Shown here one piece after another: positions 9,411-18,440 of a stretch of DNA of 64,000 nt. Below the pieces are notes generated by a model. The model worked only from the letters and a program-made list of their open reading frames with translations. It ran no database searches and had not been told where the DNA came from. The stretch's first letter is position 1. The number at the start of each line of letters is the position of its first letter. The position numbers and the translations under genes were made by a program. Source of the DNA: Candidatus Latescibacterota bacterium (GTDB lineage: Bacteria > Latescibacterota > UBA2968); contig OZ242010.1 in NCBI GenBank assembly GCA_965204745.1, positions 2,080,001-2,144,000 on the forward strand, written 5' to 3'.

Positions 9411-9821
9411 TGGCTTATCTCGATACGAGGGCGCAACACCTAATTAACCCTTACTTCCAAGATACAAGGGGGAATGGCGAGAGGTTTTGCGAGGGGATTG
9501 TGCGAGGGATATTTAATCGCTTTATGCCCTCGCGCAATGCCATCAGAGCAACCATAGATATAAGCGCTTTACTCCCCTTTCCTTGTAGGAAAGGGGCCAG
9601 GGGATAGGTCCCATTCGCGCAACGCCCAAAAACAGGGCATCGGGTCTGTTGATCGAAACAGGAGACCACGCAACAAAACAAACCCGGGTTCGCAAGGAAC
9701 TCGGGCTTTTGGTTTCTTCGCAAAAACCAAGCGTGCTTCGGTGGAGGGGCGAAGCCCGAAAGCTGAGAACAAATGACGTTACGCAAAGTCCCGTGCGCGT
9801 GTCATTCATCGGGGAATCGCG

Positions 9822-10871
9822 TTAGGCATCCGCATCCAACAAGTGCTGAAAGGCCTCCAGATCATCCACTTGCACCGCCGAGCGAAGCAACCGCTTGAGC
9901 CGTTGCATGTCTTCAATCGCGGCAATGTGAGCGGCGAACTGACCGGCAACGGCCGGATCAAAGCGAACCTCCAACACGTCGAGGATAGCGTCAATGGTAT
10001 GTTCTCTACCCCCTTGCTCGATGCCTTGCTCGATGCCCTGCTCGATGCCCTGCTCGATGCCTTGCTCGATGCCCTGCTCGATGCCCTGCTCGATGCCCTG
10101 CTCAATGCCCTGCTCAATGCCCTGCTCAATGCCCTGCTCAATGCCCTGCTCAAGAAACTGTTCCTTGAACTGTTCCTGGATCTGTTCCTTGAGATATTGG
10201 GTAAACGATGACTCACGCATAATCGCGTCCATAAAACCCTCCTGGGAAAGAATCCGCATGATGGTGGCAGGCTCATAAGCCAACCCACTCAAGACCGCCA
10301 AGCTACTCAAATAATTCGCCTTGTCTGCCTGATCCAACGAAACCGAATCGCCCTTGCGAACACACGCGCGCAACCAATCTTCGGAACCCATCCCCACAGG
10401 CGGCTTCATCAAGGGCGCGAAAGGAAGCAAGCCTGCCTGACCGCCTTCAAGAATGCCGCGCCCGTCCATCTCGCTCAACCGAAGCACCTTGTATTGCACA
10501 AGGACGAGATGACCGGCGAGTTCTTGAATGTAGTAGCCCTCATCGCGGCGCCCGGCATTGGGACGCAGGTAGATGACAAAGGAATAGACCGACAAACCAT
10601 ACTGCTCGATGAGTCGGATGATATAGGAAGCCATGCGAATAGCCATATTCGCGCTGTCGGCGGTTTGAAATTCGATGTGAACCAAGGCTTCCTCGCCATC
10701 GATCCGCACGCGAATCACGCTATCGACCAGGCGCGTTTCCACCTTGGGGAGTTCGGTATCGAGGACTTCTTCAACTTCAATTTCGACATCCTCGCGTCCG
10801 AGAGCCAAGCGGATGAGGTCTTGCGGGTAGATGCGAATCAACTGCTTGGGAATCGTATCGTATTCTGCCAT
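9822..10871 (-). CDS. Rpn-family recombination-promoting nuclease / putative transposase (PD-(D/E)xK)
   Basis: LDTELP...RLVDSVI...LVHIEFQT...MAIRMASY, LLPFAPL, GIEQ repeats, C-terminal LEVRF helical domain. Confidence 0.85.
   Translation of the reverse strand: MAEYDTIPKQLIRIYPQDLIRLALGREDVEIEVEEVLDTELPKVETRLVDSVIRVRIDGEEALVHIEFQTADSANMAIRMASYIIRLIEQYGLSVYSFVIYLRPNAGRRDEGYYIQELAGHLVLVQYKVLRLSEMDGRGILEGGQAGLLPFAPLMKPPVGMGSEDWLRACVRKGDSVSLDQADKANYLSSLAVLSGLAYEPATIMRILSQEGFMDAIMRESSFTQYLKEQIQEQFKEQFLEQGIEQGIEQGIEQGIEQGIEQGIEQGIEQGIEQGIEQGIEQGIEQGGREHTIDAILDVLEVRFDPAVAGQFAAHIAAIEDMQRLKRLLRSAVQVDDLEAFQHLLDADA
10012..10152. repeat. 12-bp tandem repeat (11 full units) encoding (GIEQ)n
   Basis: ATGCC(C/T)TGCTC(G/A) units from 10021 to 10152 plus a partial unit. 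Confidence 0.95.
10230..10243 (-). promoter_or_regulatory. Intragenic Shine-Dalgarno and in-frame ATG inside the Rpn gene
   Basis: Minus strand reads AGGAGG-GTTTT-ATG; ATG at 10232 is in frame with the stop at 9822 (136 aa). Confidence 0.7.
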
Positions 10872-11025
10872 GGGACGCCTCCTGATGTGCCATGGTTTGA
10901 ACGACTTGTGGAACAACAATAAATAATCTCCAATCCCGCTCGCGATGTCAAGTGATTTTCCCCAGCCGCTCCGCCCATCCGCAGGGTTTTGGTCTTACGT
11001 CTTGCTTCTGCCTTCTCCCCGCCTT

Positions 11026-11400
11026 TCATCCGTGGTTGCTTTTTGTTTTTTTTCGGATCGCGGCGATTTCTCTTTCGATTTGATCGTCGAGGCCCTCCGC
11101 TGGATCGTCGGGACTTTCCGCGGCTGCATTGTCGAGGGCTTTCATAAATTCGACGGCGCGTGCGGTATAGCGGGCGCGGGTTTGGCGGTAGTCGTCTGTC
11201 TCGACCTTTCCCATGCGATGGTCAAAATCGAGTTCGCGGATGGCTTCATAGACCATATCGCGCTGCTCGATTAGGGCGCGGCGTCTCGTCTCGTTGCGCG
11301 AGGTCTGATCGAGGGTCCCCGCGTGTCGCGGGTCGAATAGCGGGGTGAACACAAAGAGCAGAACCCCCGCTGCGATGAGGATAAAAGCGACGGTGATCAC
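11026..11400 (-). CDS. Membrane-anchored protein of the ccm cluster (CcmI-like N-terminal region)
   Basis: N-terminal TM helix, YEAIRELDFDHRMGK motif; overlaps the ccmH-like stop. Confidence 0.65.
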   Translation of the reverse strand: MITVAFILIAAGVLLFVFTPLFDPRHAGTLDQTSRNETRRRALIEQRDMVYEAIRELDFDHRMGKVETDDYRQTRARYTARAVEFMKALDNAAAESPDDPAEGLDDQIEREIAAIRKKTKSNHG

Positions 11401-11858
11401 GTCTCGCGCTCCTTGAGTTCGGTTTCGAGGCGGTCGAGGTAAGGGTCATCGCGCACGGATCGCGCTGTGGGTGTGGCGGGCATTTTCGTTTGTGACCATG
11501 AGCGTAGCACCTGGCGCACCACCAAAAAACCGAGCAAGAGAACCGCGGGCGGCATGAGCCACGCCGCGAGGTTGAACCCCTCGGCCGGCGGTTTGGCGAG
11601 GACTTCTTTGCCAAAGTCGCGCACGTACGTATCGACAATGGCCTGTGGCGTTTGGCCTTCTGCCAGCATGGATTTGATGCGCGCGTGTTGTTGCCGGGCA
11701 TAGCCACACACGCATTCGTCGAGGGGCCTGCGCGGGCAGTCCCCGCACAAACACGCGAGTTCTTTGCCCACTTCGTCGATTTGCGCGGTGGTTATTTCAG
11801 CGCGGATGGAGATTGCGAAGAGGCAGAGACATATCGGGATGAGGATCGCGGTTTTCAT
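11397..11858 (-). CDS. ccmH: CcmH/NrfF-like cytochrome c maturation protein
   Basis: Signal peptide, LACLCGDC...ECVC, FGKEVLAKPP...GFNLAAWLMP; coupled to the ccmF stop. Confidence 0.75.
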   Translation of the reverse strand: MKTAILIPICLCLFAISIRAEITTAQIDEVGKELACLCGDCPRRPLDECVCGYARQQHARIKSMLAEGQTPQAIVDTYVRDFGKEVLAKPPAEGFNLAAWLMPPAVLLLGFLVVRQVLRSWSQTKMPATPTARSVRDDPYLDRLETELKERET

Positions 11859-13837
11859 GCCACCCCCTTGAGTTGCGCGGTGCGTTTCTCGCGCTCGTCC
11901 GGCCACATGACGACAATCGTGCCAATCGTGATGATCCACGCGCCTATCCAGACCCACATGACCAGGGGATTGATGTAGAGGTGAAACAGGGCGACTTCCT
12001 CGCCGTCTCGCATGTCGATGCCCTGATAGAGCGCGTAGAGGTCTTCGCGCAAATTCGACCGAATGGCGACTTCTGTGGTGCTTTGCTGGTCTTGTCGCTT
12101 GTAATAGACCTTCTGGTGCGGCCACATCGTGCCCAAGCGTTGCCCGCGTTTGTAAACCCCGAGTTGCGCCACGATGTCCGCGGTGAGTGGATTGACGGAT
12201 TCGGCGATGCCTTCATACGTGAGCGTGTACGGGCCAATTGCGGCGGATTCCAGATATTTGAGTTCGACTTGGTCGTCTTTGTTAAACGCATTGCCCGTAA
12301 ATCCGATGAAGAGCAAGACCACGCCAAAGTGGATGATGTACCCGCCGTAGCGGCGGCGATTGCGCCGGGTGAGGTTGACGAGCGCGACGGGATAGGATTC
12401 GCCAGAACTGCTGCCCCGCGCTTTGGCCCCGCGGTGAAATTCAGCCGCGATGGTGCCGGTGACAAAGCCGCAAAAGAGGAAGGAGATGATGGCGTAGATG
12501 TCGCGCACGCCCAGCGCGATGGCAACCGCGCCGCATGTCAAGCCAAAGAGGCCCGATCCGGTGAAGTGTTTTCGCAGGCTTTTGCCCGAGGTGCGCCGCC
12601 ACGCCAGCAACGGGCCGATGCCCGTCAGCAAGAGCAAGAGCAGGCCGATGGGCACCATCACCGTGTTGAAGTAGGGCGGCCCGACCGTGATTTTGTCGCC
12701 GGTGACGGCTTCGGAAATCACCGGGAACATCACCCCCCAGAAGACGGCAAAGGTGGCGGTGACAAAGAGCAAATTGTTGAGCAAGAACCCGCCCTCGCGC
12801 GAGATGGGCGATTCGTATTGCGCTTGGCTTTTGAGCAGGTCCAAGCGCGAGACCAAGAGGAGGGCCGAGAAGATGACGATGAGGACGACCAACGCGCCGA
12901 ACCAGGGGCCAATCGGCGACTGGGCAAAAGCGTGTACCGAAGACACCACCCCGCTGCGCGTGAGGAACGTGCCGTAGATGCACAGGGTAAAGGTGGCGAT
13001 GATCAAGACCATGTTCCAGACCTTGAGCATGCCCTTTTTTTCTTGGATCATCACCGAGTGCAAAAAAGCCGTGCCGGTCAGCCAGGGCAACAGGGCGGCG
13101 TTTTCGACCGGATCCCAACCCCAGTACCCGCCCCAGCCGAGCACGACGTAGGCCCATTTGCCGCCCAAGAGTTGGCCCGTGCCCAGGAAAAACCACGCGA
13201 GCAAGGTCCAGCGGCGCGTGGTGCGAATCCATTCTTCGTCGATTTGCCGGGACAAGAGCGCGGCCATGGCAAAGGCGTAGGGCACGATGAAGCCCACGTA
13301 GCCGTGGTAGAGCATGGGGGGATGTATCGCCATTACCGGGTGGACGAGCAAGGGGTTCATACCCGTTCCATCGGATAAGGCGCGGGGCATGGTGAGAAAG
13401 GGATTTTCATGGACGCAGATCAAGGCGAGAAAAAAGACCTGCGCGAAGGACATGATGGCCGTGGCATAAGACGCCAAGGGACCGCGAAAGGCGCGGGTTT
13501 TGACGCTGGCAAAAAAGATGAACCCCGCCAGGATTGACGCCCACAGCAGGAGCGACCCCTGCATGCCGGACCACAAGGCGGTGAACTTGTAGCCCGTGTG
13601 CAAGTCCCGGCTGGAATGCGTGGCGACGTAGTGAACCTCAAACCGGTCCGTGAGAAAGAGCACTTCGAGAATGCCCATCGCCACGACGCAGAGCGCGAAA
13701 TTCGCAGCGACCGCGCGCTCCGCGCTCAGGGTCAACCCCACGCGCCGAGTTCTCCCGGCCCATATCGCAACGACCGCCGCATAAGCCGAGACGAACCACG
13801 CGAGATAAAGGAGAAAATTGCCGAGTTGTGGAAGCAT
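11855..13837 (-). CDS. ccmF: Cytochrome c heme lyase CcmF
   Basis: WAYVVLGWGGYWGWDPVENA (WWD domain), IHPPMLY, FLTRSG..SSVHAF, NPLVMWVW. Confidence 0.97.
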   Translation of the reverse strand: MLPQLGNFLLYLAWFVSAYAAVVAIWAGRTRRVGLTLSAERAVAANFALCVVAMGILEVLFLTDRFEVHYVATHSSRDLHTGYKFTALWSGMQGSLLLWASILAGFIFFASVKTRAFRGPLASYATAIMSFAQVFFLALICVHENPFLTMPRALSDGTGMNPLLVHPVMAIHPPMLYHGYVGFIVPYAFAMAALLSRQIDEEWIRTTRRWTLLAWFFLGTGQLLGGKWAYVVLGWGGYWGWDPVENAALLPWLTGTAFLHSVMIQEKKGMLKVWNMVLIIATFTLCIYGTFLTRSGVVSSVHAFAQSPIGPWFGALVVLIVIFSALLLVSRLDLLKSQAQYESPISREGGFLLNNLLFVTATFAVFWGVMFPVISEAVTGDKITVGPPYFNTVMVPIGLLLLLLTGIGPLLAWRRTSGKSLRKHFTGSGLFGLTCGAVAIALGVRDIYAIISFLFCGFVTGTIAAEFHRGAKARGSSSGESYPVALVNLTRRNRRRYGGYIIHFGVVLLFIGFTGNAFNKDDQVELKYLESAAIGPYTLTYEGIAESVNPLTADIVAQLGVYKRGQRLGTMWPHQKVYYKRQDQQSTTEVAIRSNLREDLYALYQGIDMRDGEEVALFHLYINPLVMWVWIGAWIITIGTIVVMWPDEREKRTAQLKGVA

Positions 13838-13860
13838 GTTTGGCCTTGTGTTATGGGGCG

Positions 13861-14067
13861 TTAAAATATCGCGATCTGTTGCGTGCCCACAAATTCAGAA
13901 TCGAGATGGGGTTCACCATCTTCAAGAAGCATTTCGACCACTTCTTTCAGATTCCCATTCAGCGCGTCCAATGTCTCTCCCTGAGAATGGGCACCGGCAA
14001 AACCGGGCACATAACCCACATACAAATCCGTATCCTTACAATATTCTACGATAGCTGTAAAACGCAT
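13861..14067 (-). CDS. HicB-family antitoxin (UPF0150), short form
   Basis: YVGYVPGFAGAHSQGETLDAL..NLKEVVEMLLE. Confidence 0.85.
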   Translation of the reverse strand: MRFTAIVEYCKDTDLYVGYVPGFAGAHSQGETLDALNGNLKEVVEMLLEDGEPHLDSEFVGTQQIAIF

Positions 14068-14214
14068 CTTTGCCTCGCTTTATGACCGACATTTGTCGAA
14101 CTTTGCATTGCCAAGCCCTTTGGCTCTCGGTTGTGCTCACTTGTTTTTTTGGATTCAACACAGGGCGACCCGATTGCCATTCGCGCTTGCGGCGTATTGA
14201 TAAGATCGAAATGC

Positions 14215-14622
14215 CTAAGTGGTCAGGGACAGCAAACTATTCAACGTGTCTGTCGTGCGCTTTGAACTTAGCACTCGGTGCAACGCATCGCGGAATCCCT
14301 GCTCGCTGTCGCAACTCACTTCAGACAGTTCGTCATCCTCGGCGTCAAGGTCATCTGACAATGTAAGCGGGTAGTGGTCTTTCAGTGGATAGATCACCGT
14401 AACGATATCCAGATGATAGCGATCCAGTGCCGGAACTGTAACCGCGAGCGTGGATCGAAATTGCTGTTTTGCAAGCCCGCTCGTCACAACCGTCGCACTG
14501 ATCTGCCAACCGATTTTTTCATTCAAAACACCCGCCTGCTCCTTGAGTATCTGAACAGGAGTTGGCGGCTCGACAGGAACTTGGAGATCGCCCCAGTAGT
14601 CTCGTGTTGACATTTCAAACAC
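14215..14622 (-). CDS. Hypothetical protein
   Basis: DYW...TPVQILKEQA motif typical of a small conserved hypothetical family; AGGAG upstream; exact start uncertain. Confidence 0.7.
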   Translation of the reverse strand: MFEMSTRDYWGDLQVPVEPPTPVQILKEQAGVLNEKIGWQISATVVTSGLAKQQFRSTLAVTVPALDRYHLDIVTVIYPLKDHYPLTLSDDLDAEDDELSEVSCDSEQGFRDALHRVLSSKRTTDTLNSLLSLTT

Positions 14623-14677
14623 TCCTATGATTTAATCATCCGCGACACCTCCGAGTTCTTCATACTACTGGAGTGCT

Positions 14678-15430
14678 TCATGGCACCTCAATTCGAAATT
14701 CACGGTTAGCCTTTCTCGCTTGGACACACGGGATATTGTGAGCCTTGCAGAGTTTTTCAATATTGGCCTTGAACTTATCTTCTATTCTTATCCCAAGGAT
14801 GACACGCGAAATTGGACCAGGCCAGGGGCATTCTTGATCACCTTGCAGCGTTATTAAACGCCATTCTTTTTCGTATGACCAGTCAATAGATTTGGTTTTC
14901 ATCATGAGGCCTATCGTCCTGCCATCACGTTTCAATAACATCTGTCCAATATCAATTTGTGGATAGTGTCTGAAATAATTCACTGGCGAACAAATGTCGT
15001 CGTCGCCAAAATAGTTTTCCGCGTCCGCGGCACGGGTAAATTCAAAGCAAACCCCCGTATGATCTTTGGCATAATGGGACCACATACGTATTGAGTCGCA
15101 TTCCTCTGACAGACATAATATTCCCATATTCCTCTGGTCTTTTATCAACTTTTGCATCGCCTTGTCCGCTTGATCTTGTCCTTCGAGAGTGAAATTCCCA
15201 TCAGCGGTAACGTATTTGTCAATTTCCCTCTGGCTATGTCCCTTACGGCGCATTGCCTCCAAATAATCATCCGCGGTTATACCTTTTGTAATTTTCAAAT
15301 CGCAATCAAACGGGTCATTGAATCGCTCTGGTTTTGCCGCCCAAAGACATTTTTTACGCAAGATGTCTAATGTATAGTTGTTTGGGGGCTTGTACATGTA
15401 AAGTTTCGTGATTCGAGGATAGATCATCAT
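14678..15430 (-). CDS. DUF2971 domain protein
   Basis: FNDPFD, CLSE...MWSHYA.DHTGVCFEF, TKSIDWSYEKEWR, VILG; AGGAGG RBS. Confidence 0.9.
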   Translation of the reverse strand: MMIYPRITKLYMYKPPNNYTLDILRKKCLWAAKPERFNDPFDCDLKITKGITADDYLEAMRRKGHSQREIDKYVTADGNFTLEGQDQADKAMQKLIKDQRNMGILCLSEECDSIRMWSHYAKDHTGVCFEFTRAADAENYFGDDDICSPVNYFRHYPQIDIGQMLLKRDGRTIGLMMKTKSIDWSYEKEWRLITLQGDQECPWPGPISRVILGIRIEDKFKANIEKLCKAHNIPCVQARKANREFRIEVP

Positions 15431-15465
15431 TTGTTCCTCCTAATATTTTTTTGTACCCTTGATTT

Positions 15466-16854
15466 TTAACTGAGCTTTCGCTCTTCCGCTTCAATAATTT
15501 CCAGTTGTGCTTCCATTGCGGCGTAGTAATCGGGCAACGGCTCCACATCATATAGAATACCTACACCTTGTTCTTGGCAATTAGCGAATAAGATCATGCC
15601 CCCCTCAATCGGCTCCTCTGTATCCTGTACAGCGTGGTAAAGCTCGGTATAGAAGCTCCGCATGTCTCCACGCTCGGTCTTCAGTTCCTCAGACGCCATT
15701 CTATAAAATGTGGTCTTTACACTCGGGAATACTGTCCGCCTGAAGAACCCCTCCTCAACCACTCGCCTACGGCACATTTTTAAGCTCGGCTTGAAAGATT
15801 CACTCATCGCATTTACGACATTCTGGTACAGGTCCAGGAATACGGCTTGAAATTCAGTAGCGAGATTTTGAATTTGCTCAATCGCTCTTCGAAGATGCCG
15901 CTCCTTGAACCATCCACTGATTCCCTTTCCAGTAAAGACGCCAGCCAAGCTACCTAATATCGGCATAAAAACGGTTGATAGGCCGCCAGTCACAGGGGCC
16001 AACGCTAGGCCCAAACCCAAACCAATTTTGCTACCGAGCAAGCCTCCAACACCAGTGGCAGCAGTGTCAAGCACGGTGTGTTCTGCCGCTGTCTTTAGGT
16101 CGAGATCGCCTTTGTACAATTTCCGGCTATTCTTAACTACATTGAAGGCCAACGAGATGAAGGGAATGTTATCGATCCCATCTCCAAGATCGGCAATTCC
16201 CTCAAATGTGTCGGCAGTGCTGTGGAATGCTTCCTGAACAGAGAGATCAGAGTCAATTAAAACGCGAGGATTGTTGCGAAAGGCGTCGGCCATTTCCCGG
16301 TTTGTGATCACGTCGATATCCGGGTACCTGTCAAGGTGCTCTTGGATGTACCGTGGATTATCTGTAACCTTGATGTTGTATTGCTTTCCATCTACTATAA
16401 TGTCCAATCCCTTGGCTGTGCCTGATTCTGGAACCTCGACGGCACGTCCCTGATCTCGAAAGTTGTCAGCTACATTCTTCTCCCCGGTATAGCCCTTGTA
16501 TTTGTGGATCATCTGTCGCCAAGCATCTTCGCCAGGCTCGGATTTGATGATCTCGCGCTTCATGAAGTCCATAAGATCGCCAAGACTCTCAAAGCCTTGT
16601 GCGTGGTGCAGATGCTCCATCCCCCGCAGAGCTTGGGGATCCATCTTCATCGTGTTGTATAACACATCGAACATGCTCACGCCAGTCACAACTGCTCCGT
16701 CCACCCCTAACGCTCGCGCTACCCGATTCCGCAGATTTCTGTCAACCTTGAGAGGCTTGGTAAGGAAAGCCCGCTGGCGTGACCGATGGACGTATGAGGC
16801 TGTGCTGAGACCGGTAATCACGAGACCAGCTATCCAGATGAGTATGATTTCCAT
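15466..16854 (-). CDS. Hypothetical membrane protein with putative restriction-endonuclease-like domain and glycine zipper
   Basis: N-terminal TM; KGYTGE...GLDIIVDGKQYNIK; GVGGLLGSKIGLGLG...LGSLAGVFTG. Confidence 0.7.
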   Translation of the reverse strand: MEIILIWIAGLVITGLSTASYVHRSRQRAFLTKPLKVDRNLRNRVARALGVDGAVVTGVSMFDVLYNTMKMDPQALRGMEHLHHAQGFESLGDLMDFMKREIIKSEPGEDAWRQMIHKYKGYTGEKNVADNFRDQGRAVEVPESGTAKGLDIIVDGKQYNIKVTDNPRYIQEHLDRYPDIDVITNREMADAFRNNPRVLIDSDLSVQEAFHSTADTFEGIADLGDGIDNIPFISLAFNVVKNSRKLYKGDLDLKTAAEHTVLDTAATGVGGLLGSKIGLGLGLALAPVTGGLSTVFMPILGSLAGVFTGKGISGWFKERHLRRAIEQIQNLATEFQAVFLDLYQNVVNAMSESFKPSLKMCRRRVVEEGFFRRTVFPSVKTTFYRMASEELKTERGDMRSFYTELYHAVQDTEEPIEGGMILFANCQEQGVGILYDVEPLPDYYAAMEAQLEIIEAEERKLS

Positions 16855-16909
16855 AGATTATTCCTTCCTATCATCGATGAATTGCTGACCCAGTTGGATC
16901 CCGTTCCAT

Positions 16910-17347
16910 CTATTCATACGACGCTTTGATCTCGTCGTAGCTTTGGCTTTCGTATTTGGAGGGGCATTTGGCGAGCATGGTTTCGGCGATGAAAATGCCG
17001 TTGGGGGCCATTTCGCCTTCGAGCACGACATCGGCACTGTCGCGGAACGTGTCGGGTATGACGCCGCTGTAGCGGATGGTGCGGTTGGTGGTTGCCGTGT
17101 CTCCGTCGCTCGGGTCACGGATTTCAAACTCGACCGTGCGGTTGCCATCGCGGTGGATGATAGAGCCGGGGACGACCTTGCCCGCGAGTTTGAAGCGCGT
17201 GTTGGCAAATTCGGTTTCTCGCGCTTCGAGTTCAGAGACCGTGAGGTAATACAGGGACATTTTTTCCGAACTGTACACGACCAGCGCGAGCAGGCTGAGG
17301 ACAATGACGACAAATCCAGCGATGAATTTTACTTTTTTGACTGACAT
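16910..17347 (-). CDS. ccmE: Heme chaperone CcmE (CxxxY variant)
   Basis: YYLTVSEL, GKVVPGSI, YSGVIPDTFR..VVLEG, MLAKCPSKY. Confidence 0.93.
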   Translation of the reverse strand: MSVKKVKFIAGFVVIVLSLLALVVYSSEKMSLYYLTVSELEARETEFANTRFKLAGKVVPGSIIHRDGNRTVEFEIRDPSDGDTATTNRTIRYSGVIPDTFRDSADVVLEGEMAPNGIFIAETMLAKCPSKYESQSYDEIKASYE

Positions 17348-17473
17348 GGCAACCTCTGTGATCGTGGTATTTTACGCGGCGTTTCAGACGCCTAAAGATA
17401 GAGAAGTCCGTAGGTGGGAACAACTACAAAAGACGTAAGAGGCAAGAGGCAAGACGGGAGAGGTGGGCTGATA

Positions 17474-18340
17474 TTATTCCAATCCGAGTTGGGCGCGGTA
17501 AGCTGTGTCTTGGGGTTTGTTTTTGTTCCAGTAATCGAGCATGATGGCGTGGGTTTTGCGTGCGGTGGTCGTTAGCCAGCGGCCGCGGCGTTGGTGGGAT
17601 TCTTCCCATCCGAGGATGGCGTGGGGATAGGCTTTTTCAAAGGTGATTGACAAGTTGCGGTCGATGGACGTGTACGCGAGGGTATAGACCTGCGTGGTGT
17701 CGTGGGTGGCGAGTTCGGCATGGGCGGTTTGAACTTGGGGCAAGGCGTGTGCCAAACGCTGAAACTGCGCGCCCGGGATGATCTGGATTTCACCGCTAGG
17801 CAACTGTTCGGGTGCCAAGCGGATGCGCGTCCAAATTTCGTCTTCGAGGATGGCGTCGGGCAAGGTGAGGTCCCGGTCGCCTTCGCTTTGAAAATACGAG
17901 CGCACGGTCGCGTGGTAGTTGCCATCTCGACGGTTGAGTTGAATGAAGGTGTGCCCGCACCACTCTTGCGCTGTGCTCGTGACTTTGAGCGCGTGCTTTT
18001 GATCGGGCGCGACGGGGGTGAAGACCGAGGTCATGACGGAATAGGGGTACAGGCCGGTCGTAAAGTTGGAGGTCGCGTTGAGCTTGAGCACAGACACACT
18101 CGGCCCGTCGCCGCGTTCGCGTTTGACGTGTTTGTCCGCGAGAAAATCCTCGGTGACGAAAATGAGCACCGCGTCGCCGGCGTACGCGTCGCGGTACTGC
18201 GCCTGTTTGAGCTCGTAGCGCGTGATCTCCGCCAGGCCGGCGTACCACTGTTTCTTAAACGCCTCGTCCCAGGGTTTCACTTCGGCATGGCCGGGAACGC
18301 CAAAACCGACGCACAGAAAAAGGGTGATGAACCGTCTCAT
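17474..18340 (-). CDS. Conserved exported hypothetical protein
   Basis: Signal peptide; WYAGLAEITRYELKQ, TGLYPYSVMTSVF, QEWCGH; AGGAG RBS. Confidence 0.75.
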   Translation of the reverse strand: MRRFITLFLCVGFGVPGHAEVKPWDEAFKKQWYAGLAEITRYELKQAQYRDAYAGDAVLIFVTEDFLADKHVKRERGDGPSVSVLKLNATSNFTTGLYPYSVMTSVFTPVAPDQKHALKVTSTAQEWCGHTFIQLNRRDGNYHATVRSYFQSEGDRDLTLPDAILEDEIWTRIRLAPEQLPSGEIQIIPGAQFQRLAHALPQVQTAHAELATHDTTQVYTLAYTSIDRNLSITFEKAYPHAILGWEESHQRRGRWLTTTARKTHAIMLDYWNKNKPQDTAYRAQLGLE

Positions 18341-18440
18341 CGCGCACTCCTTTTAGGGTACTGCGAAATTTCCGATTGGCCTTATATTGCGACAGGTGGT
18401 TGCGAGCAGGGGCGCGTCAATATAACGACTGAGGGAGAAG

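Noticed and set aside
10012-10152. Repetitive plus-strand ORFs (MPCS)n and (LLDA)n
   Set aside because: Alternative-frame readings of the GIEQ repeat in the Rpn gene
7391-16860. Integron cassette array explaining the accessory genes
   Set aside because: No integron integrase and no convincing attC sites between the genes
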